From a virus (taxonomy: Duplodnaviria > Caudoviricetes), in the IMG/VR virus record IMGVR_UViG_3300008262_000102, positions 1 through 59,649 of that record: a stretch of DNA of 59,649 bases; one strand, 5' to 3'. Below the pieces are notes generated by a model that was not told the DNA's origin, made no database searches, and was given only the letters and a program-made list of their open reading frames with translations. Shown here in pieces: positions 1-9,527 of this stretch (position 1 is its first letter; every line of letters begins with the position of its first letter). Both the position numbers and the translations under genes were made by a program.

Positions 1-354
1 AATACGCCCCACCTCAGCAAAATGCTGTTGGGCATATGCGACCACATGGCCTTGACGCCAAAACCAGCTGTAATTACGCTCAGTATAAACAGGCAGCACA
101 TCACTGCCAATACGCACCATGCGAAGTTCGTCATCTAAGGTACCTACTCTTTCTACAAGTTTGCGAACTGATTCAATGTTTCTTACCATGAGATCCCATA
201 GTCTCTGCTCTGCTACATCAGCAGTCTGGCGTTTGAGCCAAGCCACTGTAGTTGACCCTGTATTGAGCTCACGGTCACGAGCATTGATTTTCATTCCGTC
301 AACTTCGGAAGGATCATTGATCCATTTGCAGGCAAAGCCTATACGATTAGTCAT
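1..354 (-). CDS. uvsE: UV-damage endonuclease UvsE/UvdE, N-terminal part (runs off window start)
   Basis: Manual translation from ATG at 354: MTNRIGFACKWINDP...LRMVRIGSDVLPVYT...; the RIGFAC and R.GSD.LP motifs match the UvdE family. Not in the ORF track because it is truncated. Confidence 0.8.
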   Translation of the reverse strand, partial: MTNRIGFACKWINDPSEVDGMKINARDRELNTGSTTVAWLKRQTADVAEQRLWDLMVRNIESVRKLVERVGTLDDELRMVRIGSDVLPVYTERNYSWFWRQGHVVAYAQQHFAEVGRI

Positions 355-577
355 TAGATAGTCCTGAAATAAGAAGTTCACGTTCTGTCATATATGCCAC
401 AGGTTGGATCCATCCATTGCCCCAACATTCATATAAAATCTTTTGATATTCAGCCGGGCATTTTTCACTTATCTCGAATCCTGCTCTTGGAGCAGTGACG
501 AACTTATCAACGATACGAAAACGAGCATCGTCTTGCTTGATTGTGAGAATTTGGCTGCGATGTGTACTAAATGTCAT
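347..577 (-). CDS. hypothetical protein
   Basis: 76-aa ORF overlapping the uvsE start, just downstream of a sigma70 promoter. Confidence 0.6.
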   Translation of the reverse strand: MTFSTHRSQILTIKQDDARFRIVDKFVTAPRAGFEISEKCPAEYQKILYECWGNGWIQPVAYMTERELLISGLSND

Positions 578-583
578 ACTACA

Positions 584-612
584 AGTATAACATCATTACC
601 GCCAGTTGTCAA
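584..612 (-). promoter_or_regulatory. sigma70-type promoter TTGACA-17-TATACT
   Basis: Reverse complement TTGACA actggcggtaatgatgt TATACT. Confidence 0.7.
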
Positions 613-1420
613 CTACAAACTTATCCTGAACATCCTGCGGATTTGGTTCACCGTGGAACACAGCAATGCTACAGTCCGCAGGAGGATGAACATCATGTCT
701 TACGGTTTTGAACTGCCTGCCGCCTTGCGCCACAGTGAGTTCGTCTCTGCTACGTATTTCCCATTTGTAACTCATAATCCATTCTCTAGGCCAAAACCTC
801 ATTCGATCTTTGGCTAATTTCCAAATCCAATCTTGATCTCCCTGCAACTTTTGAGCGTCTGATGGTTTCTGTTTGAATTGATCGTAGATGTAGCTTTGAG
901 TTCCATGAGTCCATGCCAACACTGAACTATTAAGATAGTTCCAACTGGGGAAAAATTTTCTGTTGAAGTCGTGAATGCCTATAAAACTATTATTGTGATA
1001 ACCTGCAAGTTTGTCTATGTTAGCATGTATAACCACATCGAGATCCATGTACAGTATCCTACCTTTGAGAGGTAAAGAAGAATCAAACATATGAACCTTG
1101 TGCCACCAACCTCTGGCATAGTTGGCATTTGGCTGATATATTTTACGCACTCCTGCGATATCATGTTGATCATCAGTGAGACAGGCAAATTCATAAGGCA
1201 CAGTGAGATGTCTTGCAATCATGTTACGCAGACGTTCAACATACTCTCTGTTGTACTTGTTACCGAATCTCACGCAGAGGACTGTGATTTTTGTGTTAGG
1301 ATCGTGGTCAGTGGGCAGCGATTCACCGACTACCGCACCCGGCATCGGATAACCATTTGCTTTGTAAAACCGCCTTTGTTCTTTAGACCAACCGGCTCTA
1401 TCTTCTTTTGACAATCGCAT
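596..1420 (-). CDS. glycosyltransferase, GT-A fold (GT8-like)
   Basis: LYMDLDVVI (DxD), GWWHK, GDQDWI and VFHGEPNP motifs. Confidence 0.75.
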   Translation of the reverse strand: MRLSKEDRAGWSKEQRRFYKANGYPMPGAVVGESLPTDHDPNTKITVLCVRFGNKYNREYVERLRNMIARHLTVPYEFACLTDDQHDIAGVRKIYQPNANYARGWWHKVHMFDSSLPLKGRILYMDLDVVIHANIDKLAGYHNNSFIGIHDFNRKFFPSWNYLNSSVLAWTHGTQSYIYDQFKQKPSDAQKLQGDQDWIWKLAKDRMRFWPREWIMSYKWEIRSRDELTVAQGGRQFKTVRHDVHPPADCSIAVFHGEPNPQDVQDKFVVDNWR

Positions 1421-2225
1421 CTATGGCTACCAGGTCTTTTAAGATATCGCTGAGATCATCTAACTTGATCATGTTAGGACCATCACTAGGCGCATTGTCC
1501 GGATCTTCATGGCATTCCATGAACAGAGTTGATACACACCCTGTGGCTACAGCAGCTCTCGCCAAGTACGGGACCATGGTCCTATCGCCGCCAGATCTTT
1601 CTCCCATTCCGCCAGGTTGTTGTACAGAATGTGTGGCATCAAAGACCACTGGATACCCGGTGCTTGCCATAATAGGCAAACTACGCATATCCACAACAAG
1701 ATTATTGTACCCATGAGTATATCCTCTTTCGCATAGCATGATGCGTTCATTGCCGGTTGAAGCAATCTTTGCCGCAACGTTTTTCATATCGTGGGGAGCA
1801 AGGAACTGTCCCTTCTTGACGTTGATTACACAGCCAGTTTCTCCTGCGGCCACCAACAGATCAGTTTGTCTACAAAGGAATGCAGGAATTTGTAAAATAT
1901 CAATGCCTGCCTCTGCACATTCTTTTGCTTGCCATGATTCGTGAATGTCTGTTAAAACAGGCACTCCGAACTGATGCTTGATCGAATTAAGAATATGTAA
2001 ACCTTCTTTGATACCCACACCTCGCTTGGTAGAAATACTACTTCGATTGGCTTTATCAAAACTGCTTTTATAGATCAAGGGAATACCAAGTAACGATGTG
2101 ATAGCAATTAGTCTAGCACAAGTTGCTTCTGCATGATCCTGACTTTCTATTTGACAAGGTCCTGCAATTAAAACAAACGGAAGGTTGTTACTGATAGCAA
2201 GTGAGTTGATGTTAAATGTACGCAT
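1398..2225 (-). CDS. kdsA: 3-deoxy-8-phosphooctulonate (KDO8P) synthase
   Basis: [47 protein letters not shown] and SDG motifs. Confidence 0.95.
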   Translation of the reverse strand: MRTFNINSLAISNNLPFVLIAGPCQIESQDHAEATCARLIAITSLLGIPLIYKSSFDKANRSSISTKRGVGIKEGLHILNSIKHQFGVPVLTDIHESWQAKECAEAGIDILQIPAFLCRQTDLLVAAGETGCVINVKKGQFLAPHDMKNVAAKIASTGNERIMLCERGYTHGYNNLVVDMRSLPIMASTGYPVVFDATHSVQQPGGMGERSGGDRTMVPYLARAAVATGCVSTLFMECHEDPDNAPSDGPNMIKLDDLSDILKDLVAIDAIVKRR

Positions 2226-2233
2226 ATTATTAT

Positions 2234-2425
2234 TTACCAGTGTCTAATGGTGTTGGCAATAATAAAGCAACAGGTTATAACGTGAATGATAACCCAGAAT
2301 GTTTTAAAAAACAAAGCCCACCGGGCTTCTTTTAATGTGAGGATAGGAACATCCGGACGATCGTCATCTGTGTTTCCCATAAGGTGCCCGGTTGCCCGGG
2401 CCCATATGCGTTCAATACTATTCAT
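2234..2425 (-). CDS. small membrane protein
   Basis: 63 aa with a hydrophobic C-terminal segment; abuts queD. Confidence 0.6.
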   Translation of the reverse strand: MNSIERIWARATGHLMGNTDDDRPDVPILTLKEARWALFFKTFWVIIHVITCCFIIANTIRHW

Positions 2426-2977
2426 TCAACACTCACGTATAACAGGAATATCGCCTTCGTATGTTGCTGAGTTGCCAGCGTGTTCAAATACTTCTACGCT
2501 TTTAATCCGGACAGTAGGATTTAGCGGATACCGATGATTGCCATTCTTTAGCAACCAATCCATCTTATCATAGCACATTTTAGCGAACAGTTCGCAACCA
2601 ACACCTTCTACAATACGTAGATCACAAACGCCTTGTCTGCGATAGGGTTCGGTTTGTACACGTTCTTGATTACCGTCGTGTTCTGGATTTGAACTCCAAC
2701 CAGCCATTTCTTTGAATCTATCCAACAGTGGATCATCATGTGCAATTACAGTAGTGTGGTCAAACATATGATCCGCCCACGTTTTGAAATCTTTTAGACC
2801 ACCGAAGTCCATGCCCCAATTCTTTTCATCTAGTGTATCGCATTCGAACACAAGTTTAATACCAATTGAGTAACCGTGTAGCAGTGAGCAATGACTGTGT
2901 GTGGCACGCCATTGTCTGAAGCAACAACTAAGACCTCTGTCGTTGCCGTAAGTTTTTGTTGAAAGAAATTTTGCCAT
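2426..2977 (-). CDS. queD: 6-carboxy-5,6,7,8-tetrahydropterin synthase / PTPS (QueD family)
   Basis: HCSLLHGYS, MDFGGLK, FDHT and VEVFEHAGNSATY motifs; SD AAGGAGA upstream. Confidence 0.85.
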   Translation of the reverse strand: MAKFLSTKTYGNDRGLSCCFRQWRATHSHCSLLHGYSIGIKLVFECDTLDEKNWGMDFGGLKDFKTWADHMFDHTTVIAHDDPLLDRFKEMAGWSSNPEHDGNQERVQTEPYRRQGVCDLRIVEGVGCELFAKMCYDKMDWLLKNGNHRYPLNPTVRIKSVEVFEHAGNSATYEGDIPVIREC

Positions 2978-3008
2978 CTCTAGTCTCCTTTATATAGGTA
3001 GCAAGTTT

Positions 3009-3055
3009 GATGACTGCAGAGTGTTTAAAGAGGGATGATGCCATAAAGTCCTCTG
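3009..3055 (-). promoter_or_regulatory. candidate H-type pseudoknot riboswitch (preQ1-I-like) in the queD leader
   Basis: AGAGG-ACUUUAUGGCAUCAUC-CCUCU-UUAAACACUCUGCA-GUCAU: P1 AGAGG/CCUCU, and loop AUGGC can pair with downstream GUCAU; lies between the promoter and the SD. Confidence 0.4.
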
Positions 3056-3075
3056 TGATACTGTGTGTATGTAAT

Positions 3076-3104
3076 ATTATATTACATTTCTATTTATAAT
3101 GCAA
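3076..3104 (-). promoter_or_regulatory. sigma70-type promoter TTGCAT-17-TATAAT with nested TATAAATA
   Basis: Reverse complement TTGCAT tataaatagaaatgtaa TATAAT. Confidence 0.55.
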
Positions 3105-3687
3105 TGAATTCCACATTATTTTTTTGCCATTCCGTTGGCATACACCATCCCTGTTTATTATAGATGACAAATTTTGTATTGGGGTAATGTGTGAATACCG
3201 CTGCAATTTGATAAATCCAATAGCTGGGATCCACTGCCTGTGCGCCCGATCGCGCATAGTTCACGGTGCCTTTATAGATATTATTCACAGTGTGGTCTAT
3301 CGGATACAGATCAAATCCGATCAGTATAACTTCTTCGTGCCCTAACACAGCTGCTAACAGCACAGCGTAGCCACCACTGCCCCAATGTTCTGCATGATTG
3401 ACTTTGGCTTCGCCTCGGGTAGGCACTTCAGGCAGTAGATGAACGTTTTTGTTTTTTCTTATTTTTCTGAAATAGTGATGCCAGTGATCACGTACATAGA
3501 TTTTTGTGTCTTTGGTATTGGGATTGGTTACAGCTTCTTCTGCCATCCTACGATCACAGCAGATCAAATGATCGACATTGAGATCTCTGTGTATGGCATT
3601 GCAGCCTATTAATGTATGTTGAGTGTATGTACTAACATCAACATGGCGTCTGCTTTCGCCATTGCCGATTACCAACGCCTGAGACAT
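3094..3687 (-). CDS. DUF115/MAF-like or sialyltransferase-like Rossmann-fold protein
   Basis: ALVIGNGESR...IGCNA...WGSGGYA...LIGFDL pattern. Confidence 0.5.
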   Translation of the reverse strand: MSQALVIGNGESRRHVDVSTYTQHTLIGCNAIHRDLNVDHLICCDRRMAEEAVTNPNTKDTKIYVRDHWHHYFRKIRKNKNVHLLPEVPTRGEAKVNHAEHWGSGGYAVLLAAVLGHEEVILIGFDLYPIDHTVNNIYKGTVNYARSGAQAVDPSYWIYQIAAVFTHYPNTKFVIYNKQGWCMPTEWQKNNVEFIAL

Positions 3688-4529
3688 TATTCAATTCTGC
3701 CGAATCCGTTCCAAATACCAGGACTGCCTGATTTAGTGCATACCCAACCTACGAACTTTCCTGGAGTTGGATAATTGTTCCATACTACATCGCCTTCATT
3801 AAACCCGCCGCTGCTAGGAGGTTCATTGCCGCTGAGGTGTAGTTTGTCATTGAATTTCAAAGCACCATTGACATGTAGACTGCTACGTGGATCAGCAGTA
3901 CCGACATTGATAGCTAGAGAACCTATAATAGAAACTTTAGTATCACCTGTGGCAGGGTTTCCGATGACTATGTTGCCGCCAGCTTTAATAGAAATTCTTG
4001 TTGTATGGTCAGTGCCTAGGTCTAAATCTGTGTAGTTGTATGTGCCAATCATAGCAGTGTTCAGTGATGATGCACCGATCACAATGTCTACGTTTTGATC
4101 TATGATATTCACAGCCGACTTAGGTTGGTCGGTACCCAGCCCTAGGCGATCGGTGTTGGGGTCATATATCAAATATTGATTTACACTTAACCCGCCATCT
4201 ACTATCAATCCTTTGAGATGACCGACTTCTCGAAGATTGCTTTTTGTTACAGTAGGTCCTAGTTCTTTTTCGTCTAGTACTTTGATGTTATTGATAGATA
4301 GAATTTTATTTTTTGCTAAATCGATGCTTTCGGAAACAAAAAATCTATCAGGATCGGTGTTGAACAAAAATTGTTTGTTATGTCCTTGGCCGCTCCAGAG
4401 TATACCCTTACCATTGATATCGCCTTTGATAACTATGTAAGGAAATTCAGCAGAGTTAATTTCTTGACCTTCTTGCAATACTTCTTGCAACAGGGCTGTT
4501 AGGGCATTTAATTTTTCTTGACTTGCCAT
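3687..4529 (-). CDS. putative virion fibre/structural protein (paralog of 4531..5625)
   Basis: Beta-rich; shares GKGILW.G.G..KQF, ELGPTVTKSNLREVG and GWVC..GSPG.W..FG.I with its neighbour; likely start MASQEK. Confidence 0.6.
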   Translation of the reverse strand: MASQEKLNALTALLQEVLQEGQEINSAEFPYIVIKGDINGKGILWSGQGHNKQFLFNTDPDRFFVSESIDLAKNKILSINNIKVLDEKELGPTVTKSNLREVGHLKGLIVDGGLSVNQYLIYDPNTDRLGLGTDQPKSAVNIIDQNVDIVIGASSLNTAMIGTYNYTDLDLGTDHTTRISIKAGGNIVIGNPATGDTKVSIIGSLAINVGTADPRSSLHVNGALKFNDKLHLSGNEPPSSGGFNEGDVVWNNYPTPGKFVGWVCTKSGSPGIWNGFGRIE

Positions 4530-4530
4530 G

Positions 4531-5625
4531 TTATGAATTTCCAATTTTACCGAACGGAGCCCACAGTCCCGGGGATCCGGTTTGAATACATACCCATCCT
4601 ACGTAGGAGTTCATTCTTGGTTCTATATTCCACACAATGTCGCCTTCGTTGTACGATCCATTTGTGGGATAAGTGCTGTCGTATTTTTGCAGTCTATTAT
4701 TGAATCTCACTGCACCGTTGACATGCAAATCGACTTCTGGATCTGGAGTTGACACTCTCACTGATAGCTTACCATGCACATGTATCTGTGCAGGAGCCAT
4801 TTTAGGATTACCTAATATAATGTTCCCGCTAGATGAAATGATTATTCTTGCAGTGTTGTCCGTACCTAATTCTAAGTTATGGCTGGCATATGTGCCAATG
4901 AATGCTTTTACAGTATCCTTGGTGCCGAGTACTATCTCTACACCGTCATCTAAAATACTAACAGCAGCATTAGGACTTTCTGTGCCTAGTCCTAGTCTGC
5001 TGGTGTTAGCATCGAACACCATAAACTGACCCACTGACATCCCACCATCTACTATCAGACCATTAAGGCGACCAACTTCTCGGAGATTACTTTTGGTTAC
5101 TGTGGGACCTAATTCTTTCTCATCAATTAGTTTGATGTTGTTGATAGTGACGCTTTTACCTCTAGCAAGGTCTATAGATTCAGATGAAAAGAATCTATCC
5201 GGACCAGAGTTGAATATAAATTGTTTGGTGTTGCCCTTCCCCGCCCACAGTAGACCTTTGCCGTCTAACGTGTCTCCCGAAAACGTGATAGGTACATCTT
5301 TTTCAAATTTGATGTCAGCACGTATCTCATCAACTTCTAGGATCTTGGTTTTGAGGATGCCCTGCACTGTGAGATTGTCGATGTTTTCCACAAACAGATT
5401 CTTAACAGTAACACCGTCGTTGTTCACAGTAAGCTGAGTTTTTACCGCAGTGTCTGTGATACCAGTACTGGAGAAGTTTTGTATTTTGCCACCTGAAATA
5501 TGATCACCTGACAGCGATCGGAATGGCATTTTCCGTGCGATTTCTTTGATATCCGGGCCAGCGGTTTGTGCGATTGCGTTGATTTCATCGCCTAGTGCGG
5601 CTAATAAATTATTGACATTGCTCAT
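4531..5625 (-). CDS. putative virion fibre/structural protein
   Basis: Tail-fibre-like beta repeats (RLGLGTESP, LHVNGA) and C-terminal GDIVWN...GWVC; ATAAATA late-type motif just upstream of MSNVN. Confidence 0.6.
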   Translation of the reverse strand: MSNVNNLLAALGDEINAIAQTAGPDIKEIARKMPFRSLSGDHISGGKIQNFSSTGITDTAVKTQLTVNNDGVTVKNLFVENIDNLTVQGILKTKILEVDEIRADIKFEKDVPITFSGDTLDGKGLLWAGKGNTKQFIFNSGPDRFFSSESIDLARGKSVTINNIKLIDEKELGPTVTKSNLREVGRLNGLIVDGGMSVGQFMVFDANTSRLGLGTESPNAAVSILDDGVEIVLGTKDTVKAFIGTYASHNLELGTDNTARIIISSSGNIILGNPKMAPAQIHVHGKLSVRVSTPDPEVDLHVNGAVRFNNRLQKYDSTYPTNGSYNEGDIVWNIEPRMNSYVGWVCIQTGSPGLWAPFGKIGNS

Positions 5626-5645
5626 AGTAATGTATTTATCCGCCA

Positions 5646-5673
5646 AAGAAAAAGCGGGCCGAAGCCCGCTTTT
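5646..5673 (-). terminator. Rho-independent terminator with cUUCGg loop
   Basis: AAAAGCGGGC-UUCG-GCCCGCUUUUUCUUU after the 5691 ORF stop. Confidence 0.85.
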
Positions 5674-5690
5674 ACTGAGAATTTACTTTG

Positions 5691-6866
5691 TTATTGTACT
5701 TTTAACAATATAGTATCTTCGTTGATCCTACCGTTGAGCTTGATATCCACAGCTTTGATATCGTCTAGGAACTTGCGCAACTGTACCTTACCCGCTGCCT
5801 TGAATTCTTTAAGCTGTTCTTCGGGCTTGCGCAGGGTCTTCTGTACACTTTTTATTGTATCAAACCCAATAATTGTGGTTCCCTTGACCCCAAGTTCATT
5901 GAATTCCGCAGCCATGTACTTGCCAATTTTACGTGTCTTGACGTTATAAATCCACAGTTCTTTGGTACCTATGATGTCTTGCGGGTTGATAGAAACCAAT
6001 TTAAGTGTTTCATCCTGCTTGAGGTACTTCATCTTAGCCACAACTTTGGCCTTGTCAGTGGGCTTCTTAGCACGAGGCTTTTTATTGACCTTGGCTTCTT
6101 GTGCCAGCATGTCACACGCTGAAAGGATTTCGCTATAGAACAGAGTGATCTTTTTCAGATTAGCCTTGCTCAAATGACTGTAACCTTCCTTCAACTGTTC
6201 GTCTTTGGTGGTAGCTGCTTCAACTAATTCTTCGTAGTTGCGAATATATAGATCTTTGATAATGCGAGCGTGAGCAGCTTTGGCCTGACGTCCACGTAGA
6301 AGATTCAGCAGTTTAAATGCTTTTGGATCAAACGATTCTGGATCTGTTTGAAACGCCTCAATAGCATCTTCGATTTCTTCAGTCATGCCTATTGCAACAT
6401 CACGCAGTCGTTCTTGAATACTAGGAGTATACACTGCGGGCTTAACTTCGACAGCACCATCTTCTGGCTCTGCTTCGTCGTGTTTGCCCTCTTCAATGAT
6501 CTTAGCAATAGACTTGCTTAACCATTCTGCGGTGTTACGACCTTCGTTGAAGTCTGCTCTTATTGCAGGCATGCCTCTAAGTAGATTGGCAGCGATAGCA
6601 CCTACGGTTGTGCCGCAACGGTTATCTTTGGTATTCTTAAAGGCTTTGATAATATCTTTTGGATAGTCCTGGCTGCTCATCCAATTAATAACCTTAGGTT
6701 TAAGTTCTTTACCGCTGGTTTCTAACCGGTAATAACTCATAGCCATACGGAAGTGTCGACTAAACTGATCAGCAGTCATGGTTTCGTGATCATCCCATTT
6801 CGGACTTAGATCACGTCCTTTGTTCTGGCGAATAGCAATGCTGGCTTTTTTCAGTTTGGTTACCAT
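5691..6866 (-). CDS. hypothetical phage protein, basic C-terminal domain
   Basis: Long ORF; likely start MVTKLKK (SD AGGAG, downstream of the promoter). Confidence 0.7.
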   Translation of the reverse strand: MVTKLKKASIAIRQNKGRDLSPKWDDHETMTADQFSRHFRMAMSYYRLETSGKELKPKVINWMSSQDYPKDIIKAFKNTKDNRCGTTVGAIAANLLRGMPAIRADFNEGRNTAEWLSKSIAKIIEEGKHDEAEPEDGAVEVKPAVYTPSIQERLRDVAIGMTEEIEDAIEAFQTDPESFDPKAFKLLNLLRGRQAKAAHARIIKDLYIRNYEELVEAATTKDEQLKEGYSHLSKANLKKITLFYSEILSACDMLAQEAKVNKKPRAKKPTDKAKVVAKMKYLKQDETLKLVSINPQDIIGTKELWIYNVKTRKIGKYMAAEFNELGVKGTTIIGFDTIKSVQKTLRKPEEQLKEFKAAGKVQLRKFLDDIKAVDIKLNGRINEDTILLKVQ

Positions 6867-6897
6867 AGAGTCACTCCTGTTGTTAAACAATACATAT

Positions 6898-6926
6898 ATT
6901 ATAGCACCAAACTGTGAGTTTGTCAA
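6898..6926 (-). promoter_or_regulatory. sigma70-type promoter TTGACA-17-TATAAT
   Basis: Perfect consensus. Confidence 0.8.
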
Positions 6927-7117
6927 CCATGTCCAAATCTCTTGATTTCGTGCAGATCACCATTCTCATCTTCTTGATACACAATGGCTTCCATAACACC
7001 CAATCCAAGATTGGCTTCTGCTATTTCCAACGCTTCTTTCCTGCTGCTGGTGGTTTCTACCAATTCTTCGTGACCGGCTTCATCCACTGCCCAAACTTCG
7101 TATAGTTCAAAGTTCAT
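6923..7117 (-). CDS. hypothetical protein
   Basis: 64-aa acidic ORF with SD AAGGAG. Confidence 0.6.
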   Translation of the reverse strand: MNFELYEVWAVDEAGHEELVETTSSRKEALEIAEANLGLGVMEAIVYQEDENGDLHEIKRFGHG

Positions 7118-7135
7118 GATACTAACACAATCTCC

Positions 7136-7693
7136 TTAAGTAAATTTTTCCCAATCTCCACCAGGCACTATTGCCCAGCCAAGACGCTGGAGATCATTCC
7201 GGATCTCGTCGGTAATACAACCTTCTGGTACGTATCCATTTGCAGGGCGATGATCTAATCCGTAGCCAGACTCGTCATTGCCAATGCCGCTACAATACCA
7301 ATCAATGTAGTCGCCTTCTTGTCGCATATCTGCCACAATGCCTCCAGCATATCTCCAAGAAGCTGACCAATAGTCTCTGTCTGGATCTTGTCTAAGGATA
7401 GGAACAACTTCCAATTTTATAAAATCGTTATTACATATGGCCGCATATACATTTTGGGCATAGGTTTCGCTGGCACGAACTTTTTCTAAAATCCACTCGT
7501 TACTGCGTAGATCGTATTCCATGTTGTTCTGTTGCCAAGCAGGATCGTTAATCTTGTTGGCATCGTCGATTTTAATCTGATCCCACATGTCAATGTAGGC
7601 TTGGTTAGGTTCTTCACCCTTTTCTTCAGCCCGTTGGATCGCACCTTCCTTTTGAAAGGTATGTCGGTTAGGACTGCTTGAAACTTTTGACAT
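7136..7693 (-). CDS. hypothetical protein
   Basis: 185-aa ORF in a packed operon. Confidence 0.7.
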   Translation of the reverse strand: MSKVSSSPNRHTFQKEGAIQRAEEKGEEPNQAYIDMWDQIKIDDANKINDPAWQQNNMEYDLRSNEWILEKVRASETYAQNVYAAICNNDFIKLEVVPILRQDPDRDYWSASWRYAGGIVADMRQEGDYIDWYCSGIGNDESGYGLDHRPANGYVPEGCITDEIRNDLQRLGWAIVPGGDWEKFT

Positions 7694-8033
7694 CTTTAAT
7701 TGCTTTCTTTAGAGTTTCTGCGTAATTAAGAGCCTGCTGTTCACTCATAATAATGTTAGCTTCGTACTTAACATAACCTTTGGTCAGCAGGATCCAAATA
7801 GTCTGCCAACGATTCAGACTCCACCATTGAGACTTCTGAGTCGTATAAGTTGTAACAGTGACGCCAGTGTCGTCTGCTTCGATCCAGACATTATGATCGT
7901 GGTCTGGATCTGTACATTCGCAAACAACTTGATATGACATCGCATCTCCCCAACTACTACGCTTAAGGATTCCTTGTGCAGGAATCTGAGGTTTAAAATC
8001 AGTTGAAGGTTTTAACATCATTTCTCCGTTCAT
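7668..8033 (-). CDS. hypothetical protein
   Basis: 121-aa ORF with a CxC...H motif. Confidence 0.6.
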   Translation of the reverse strand: MNGEMMLKPSTDFKPQIPAQGILKRSSWGDAMSYQVVCECTDPDHDHNVWIEADDTGVTVTTYTTQKSQWWSLNRWQTIWILLTKGYVKYEANIIMSEQQALNYAETLKKAIKDVKSFKQS

Positions 8034-8220
8034 ATATGCTTTGTACCATGCGTTGATAATCTTCTTCTAGCAACACGGTTTTATACATGCTGAGAGCCTG
8101 TGTAATCATGATACCTGCTATCTCGATATCTTTGTAGTCTTCCAACATCACAGCGGTAAACTGTAGATATTTGGCATAAAGGTCTTCAATGCTATGGTCG
8201 TTTTTATCTGCTATACTCAT
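7999..8220 (-). CDS. hypothetical protein
   Basis: 73-aa ORF in a packed operon. Confidence 0.6.
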   Translation of the reverse strand: MSIADKNDHSIEDLYAKYLQFTAVMLEDYKDIEIAGIMITQALSMYKTVLLEEDYQRMVQSIYERRNDVKTFN

Positions 8221-8221
8221 A

Positions 8222-9055
8222 TCAAGTCCACAGGCTTTCGCGAATCTTAATCAGTCGGATCATCATAGCTTCATCTTCTGCTTCGTAGGCCTTTTCGATC
8301 TTTGTAAGCAGTTTGTGTGCCTTGTCGCTGGCTTTACGATCAGCAGGATCTTTTGAGTTTAGGCTGGAAAACATACTGCCTGGATACTTCACACGCATGG
8401 CATCACAGTGAGCACTCCAGCCGCTTGCTTCATATGGATCGGGACGATTGCGATAGGTCACAGTCCACCAGGTATAAAGCTCTATAATTTCCTTAGCGGC
8501 TTTGGCCTGATAAGTTGGCTCTGCTTTATGCTTCTCGCCTTCTTCCAAAAATTCTTCGTTGGTTAATGTTTCAGCCCAACGTAGGTATTCCATGCCAGCT
8601 TCTGGACAACGCCATGTTCTCAAACGTAGCCATCCTTTGCGATACCAGGGAACATTGAACTTGGTCTTAGCATCATCACTCCAAATACAGTGATGCCATG
8701 CTTGTTCTATTTCAACAAAATCCACAAGCTCGTTGAAAAGACAAGGAAGAAAGCGATTGCCCACATCACGCCAAGTGCCCGGCGCAATATCTCGGGGATG
8801 GGCAGTAAGGGCATGGCTGCGAGTAATCCAGCGATTATTAATATAATAGCGAATGTCATTTAGTCGATCTGGTATGTAATAGACAAATTTTTGAAGGTGA
8901 TCCAACCCTTCTTCAGCGATCCAATAGCGGATAGGGTGAGATTTGGCTGAACTGGCATACCAGGCATCCCATTCTTCGCTGGTGCCGCACTTGAGCTTTG
9001 GCGTACCACGAAGCCAATCTGCAAATTTCGAACATGTCCAATAATGACTACGCAT
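8222..9055 (-). CDS. hypothetical protein (Trp-rich)
   Basis: 277-aa ORF, SD GAGG, downstream of a promoter. Confidence 0.7.
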   Translation of the reverse strand: MRSHYWTCSKFADWLRGTPKLKCGTSEEWDAWYASSAKSHPIRYWIAEEGLDHLQKFVYYIPDRLNDIRYYINNRWITRSHALTAHPRDIAPGTWRDVGNRFLPCLFNELVDFVEIEQAWHHCIWSDDAKTKFNVPWYRKGWLRLRTWRCPEAGMEYLRWAETLTNEEFLEEGEKHKAEPTYQAKAAKEIIELYTWWTVTYRNRPDPYEASGWSAHCDAMRVKYPGSMFSSLNSKDPADRKASDKAHKLLTKIEKAYEAEDEAMMIRLIKIRESLWT

Positions 9056-9091
9056 TTTTATTCCTCAAAGATTATACTGCCGAACACTTTA

Positions 9092-9120
9092 ATTATACAA
9101 TCTTTTAGAAAACCTGTCAA
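9092..9120 (-). promoter_or_regulatory. sigma70-type promoter TTGACA-17-TATAAT
   Basis: Perfect consensus. Confidence 0.8.
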
Positions 9121-9137
9121 GATGATTGTTTTTTGAC

Positions 9138-9521
9138 TCAAATTTTTCTCTGATAGCCTGCTAAATTAAGCATGATTGAATATTGTTCATAGGCCTTTTG
9201 CACAGCAGCGTTGGTATGCCTAATGTTTGCTTCTTCACGTTCCTTGTTCATTAAGGTTTCGAACATGTCAATTTCTCCTTGACTATGTCGTTGCCATTTG
9301 AAGAAACGACGTTCCATTTCTATCAGTGTTCGCAGTCGACCTTCTGGAATTTCTAAGGTAATGACCTGCTCAGTTTCAAACTCCACAATGTCATTGCGAA
9401 TAATATCAGCTCGGGATGGTTCTGTAAAGAAACGTGGAGGGTGATAACGTGCTCTACGTTTTTGGTCGTTGAGCACATTCACTTCATAGTTGCGACAGAA
9501 GTCTTTTAATTCGTCAGTCAT
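9138..9521 (-). CDS. hypothetical protein
   Basis: 127-aa ORF. Confidence 0.65.
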   Translation of the reverse strand: MTDELKDFCRNYEVNVLNDQKRRARYHPPRFFTEPSRADIIRNDIVEFETEQVITLEIPEGRLRTLIEMERRFFKWQRHSQGEIDMFETLMNKEREEANIRHTNAAVQKAYEQYSIMLNLAGYQRKI

Positions 9522-9527
9522 AGGATG

